From NCBI RefSeq assembly GCF_009914755.1, contig NC_060934.1: 64,000 nucleotides of DNA; one strand, written 5' to 3'. Under the pieces are notes generated by a model. That model saw nothing but the letters and a program-made list of their open reading frames with translations. It had not been told where the DNA came from and did no database searches. The stretch comes from the human T2T-CHM13v2.0 reference genome, Homo sapiens. A program made the position numbers and the translations under genes. This document shows, piece by piece, positions 60,086 to 64,000 of this stretch. Each line of letters opens with the position of its first letter. Within the stretch, counting starts at the first letter, position 1.

Positions 60086-63000
60086 ACAAATGAGTTAGAA
60101 AGTGTTGCCTTTGCTTCTATTTTCTGAACGACATTGTGGAGAAATAGTACCTCTTTTATCTTAAAGTTTAATAGAAATCTCCAGTGAAACCATTTGGGCC
60201 TGGTGATTTCTTTTTTGGAAGGCTATTATTAATTGATTCATTAAAATAAATAGATATATACCTATTGAGACATTTATTGGTCTTTCAATGAGTTTAGTAG
60301 GTTCTGTCTTTCAAGGAATTGGATTGTTTCATCTAATTGTCAAATTTGTGGGCATAGCATTCTTCATCGTATTCTTTTATTAGCATTTTGACATTCACAG
60401 AATCAGTAATAATGCCCCTTTTAAATTTGTGATACTGATGGTTGATTTTTCTTTCTTTTTTTCTTAGTTAGCCTGACTAAAGATTTATCAATTTTATTTA
60501 GTCTTTTCAATGAGCCAACATTTGGTTTTGATGTATTTCTCTACTGATTTCCTGTTTGCTAATTTATTGATTTCTGTTCTAATATTTGTTATGCCTTTTT
60601 ATCTGTTTGCTATATGCTTTAATTGCTCTTCTTTCTTTTGTTTCTGAAGATGAACATTTAGAATTCTGATTTTAGATATTTTTCTTTTTTCTTGATATAT
60701 GTATTTAATACATTTAATTACTAAGCCAATGTTTTTGCAACAGCCTACAAATTTTGATAAATTTCACGGTTATTTTCATTTGGCTCAAAATATTATTTAA
60801 ATTTACCTTGAGATTACCCCTTGTCCTGTTTGTTATTTATAAGTATGCTGTTTAATTTGGGTATTTCACAACTATATTTCTGTCATTGATTTGTAGTTTA
60901 ATTTCATTGTTTTTTGTAAGCATACTTTGTAGATATCTTATTCTAATAAAAAATTTCAAAAATTTTTTTAGCTCAGATTCTGGTCTCTCTTGGTGAATAT
61001 TCTATGGGAGCTTGAAAAAATGTGTATTCTGCTATTGTTAGTAGGGTATTCCATAAATATCAATTAGATCATGTTGATTGATAGTGTTGCTTAGGTGAAC
61101 CATATCCTTACGAATTTTTGCTGCTTGAACTATCATTACTGAAAGAGGATTACTGAAGTCTCCAGCTATGAGAAAACATTTGCCTATTCTCCTTGTACTT
61201 CTTCCACTTTTTTGTTCATGAATTTCAGTGCTTATTTTTTAGTCATGTACATATTAAGAACTATTATGTCTTGTAGAACTGAGCACTTTATTATCACATA
61301 ATATAACTTTTTAACCCTGGTATTTTTTTGTTCTGAAGTCTATTTCATGTGTCAATAATATACCTATTCCAACTTTCCTTTGATTAGTCTTAGTCTTTTT
61401 CTATCCCCTTACTTTTAACCTACATGGGTCTTTATATTTAAATTAAGTTTCTTGCAAACAACATAGGATTGATTCTTAGTTGTTGTTTTTTTTTAAAATC
61501 CATTCTGACAATCCCTTTAATTAAACTGCTTTTGCAATTTACATTTAAAGTAGTTATTGATATTGTTGGATTAATAGCTACTGTATTTGTAACTGTTTTC
61601 CATGTATTGCACGTGTTCTTTATTCTGCTTATTTTTCTGCATTCTCTGTCTTACATTTATCACTTTATATGATTACATTTTATTTACTCTCTTAGCATAT
61701 CCATTATGCTTTTTAAAAAATTTAGTTGTTAAAAGGTTTTTAATGGACTTTTATAGCTACTATAAGACCAGCTTCAACAAACACTGTACCACTTCACATA
61801 TAGTACAGTTCCCTTATATCAAAGTATTCTTAATTTGTTCCTCCTTCCTTTAGGACACTGCTGTCATTCATTTCACCTATCCATATACTATATTCACCTA
61901 ATACATTGTTGGGTGAGTTATTATTTTTGAGATCAATTATAAATAATAAAAATAAAATATTTTTATAATCTTATATATTCCTTTCCAATGTTCTTAATCT
62001 CTTTATGTGGATTCAAGTTTTTGACATATTATTTTTCTTCTCTCTAAAGAAGTTTATTTAATTCTTCTTCAGTGTAGATCTGCTGCCAATAAATTCGGTC
62101 AGGATTTGTTTTTCTCAGAATTTACTTGTTCAATCTTCACTTTTGGAGAATAATTTTCTTGAATATAGAATTCTAAGTTTTTTTGCTTTTAACACTTCAA
62201 ATATTTTACTCTATTCTGTTAGCAGTTTCTGATGAAAAGTCTGCTATAATTCTTAGATTTGTTCCTCTATAAGTAAGACACTTTTCTTCTTCTAGCTTCA
62301 TTTAAAAAATCTTCCCTGTCTTTAGTTTTGCAGTTTGAATATGATAAGCCTAAGTGTAGATATTTTGTTATTTATCCCAGTTGGTATTCTCTGAGCTTCT
62401 TGGATCTGTGGTTTGGTTTCTGTCACTTAGTTTGGAAAGTTCTCAGCCATTATTTCTTCCTGGTTTTTGTTTGTTTGTTTTTTTGCTTTTTCCTCTTTTT
62501 CTTTCCCTTCCATCATTCTAGTTACATATAGGTTACATTCTGTATAATGGTCTCACAATTCTTAGATGTTCTGTTTTCTTTTCTTTCTTTTTTCTTTTCC
62601 TACTCTTTTCTCTCATTGCATTTATGTTTTGGAAGTTTCTAGTAAACTTATCATTAAGTTCTGTGATTTTTTTCCTACCATATCCAGTCATATAGTGAAA
62701 TCATTTAAGACAGTTTTAAATTTACAATATAGTATATTTTATTTCTAGGATTCACATTTCATCTTTTCTTAAACCTTCCATTACTCTGTTTATACTATCC
62801 ATCTGTCCTATATGTTGTCTTCTTTTTTATTAGAGCCCATAGGATAGTAATCATAATTATTCTAAATTCTCTATCTGATTATTTCAATAATCTGTGTCAG
62901 ATCTGAGTTTGGTTCTGATGCTTGCTTTTTCTTGACTTTCAGCATGCTTTCCAAATTTTGGTTGAAAGCCAGATATATTAGGTAATAGAAACGGAGATAA

Positions 63001-63921
63001 ATAGGCTGTTAGTAAGAGGCCTTATATTAATCTGTTTTAGAGTTGGATTATGTTTAGTGCTTCCTGTATCTGTAGGCACTAGAGCATTCAAATTCCCCTA
63101 GTGTCCTTGCTACTGTCTCCCCTGGTATCTTTAAGCTTCCTTAATAACTTTCTTTACATAATTTGTACCTGGCAACTCTTCAGTTACAATCAACCTTTAT
63201 TAGACTGGAGCCTTGTGTGGCGGTTGCAAAGTGGATAGTGAGAAAGTGTTTTATAACCTTGTAATTTAAACACAGTCTTTAGTGTGCTTGTGTTTTTGGG
63301 CTGTAACCTTTGTAAGTGTATTTCCCCTGTCGCCTCTTAGGTGCCACAGGAAGGCTGGAGTTGGGTAAATGTCCTTCCTTCTGGTAGGGTAAGATCTGTG
63401 AAGTCTTTTCCCCTGCAAAGTAGGCCTGTGTTGTGGAGAATGCTTTGGGCTTATTTAACTATGGTTACTCACTCTTCTCCTCATCCTTCCAGATCCAGGA
63501 GGGTATCTTCTTCAGATTTTCAAGGTGAGAATCTGGTGGTATTCCTTGAGGTAAAACCCACAAAATCATGGGCCCTCTCCTAGGAGTATAGTCCCCAAGG
63601 AGTTTCTCACTCTCTTATTTGTTCATATTCAGCATCCAGCAATTCATTGAAACTAACATGTAAGTGTTTGTAACGTGGAGTTATGGCTTCAGCAGCTTCT
63701 TCTCAAGGTACATAGATCTAAACTGTGTCTCTCTTGGTAAGCCTATCTCTCCAGATTTTAGGGTAGTCATCTGCCCTAAAACCTTAGTTCTCAGATGAGT
63801 CTAAGATAAAAAATCACTGGTTTTCAGTTTGCCCAGCTTTTTTCTTCCAAGTGTGGGAATGACAAGTTCTAAGCTCCCTGAAAGTCAGAGATAAAATCAG
63901 AAGTCTTCAATAAAAAATACG

Positions 63922-64000
63922 TATTTTTTAACATTTAAGTTCAGGGGACATGTGCAGGTTTGTTACATAGGTGAACTTGTGTCATGGGGTTTGTTGTACA
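63922..64000 (-). mobile_element. L1PA 3' end running off the window
   Basis: 'ttaagttcaggggacatgtgcaggtttgttacataggtgaacttgtgtcatgggg'. Confidence 0.9.

Overview
AT-rich primate (very probably human) non-coding genomic DNA, intronic or intergenic. Roughly two thirds (estimated by eye) is interspersed repeat: 14 Alu elements plus one chimeric monomer, several L1 generations, L2/MIR, solo LTRs (LTR1, LTR7/HERV-H, MER9/HML-3, MER4, THE1/MST/MLT), an ERV-L pol-dUTPase fossil with its 3' LTR, a near-complete HSMAR2 mariner and small hAT/Tigger elements. I found no credible protein-coding exon, RNA gene, CpG island or CRISPR array; the supplied ORFs are repeat-derived or chance. Subfamily calls come from recalled consensus sequences, and boundaries of old repeats are approximate. 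The best unexplained signal is a 50-bp element present twice 6.67 kb apart (49/50 identical) in otherwise diverged unique DNA, with a 15-bp palindrome and dense TF-like motifs. Other oddities: an L1 with both ends and a TSD but an in-frame deletion of most of ORF2, an AT-rich palindrome with internal direct repeats, and a few candidate exons. I cannot support a claim of a new biological system beyond these leads.
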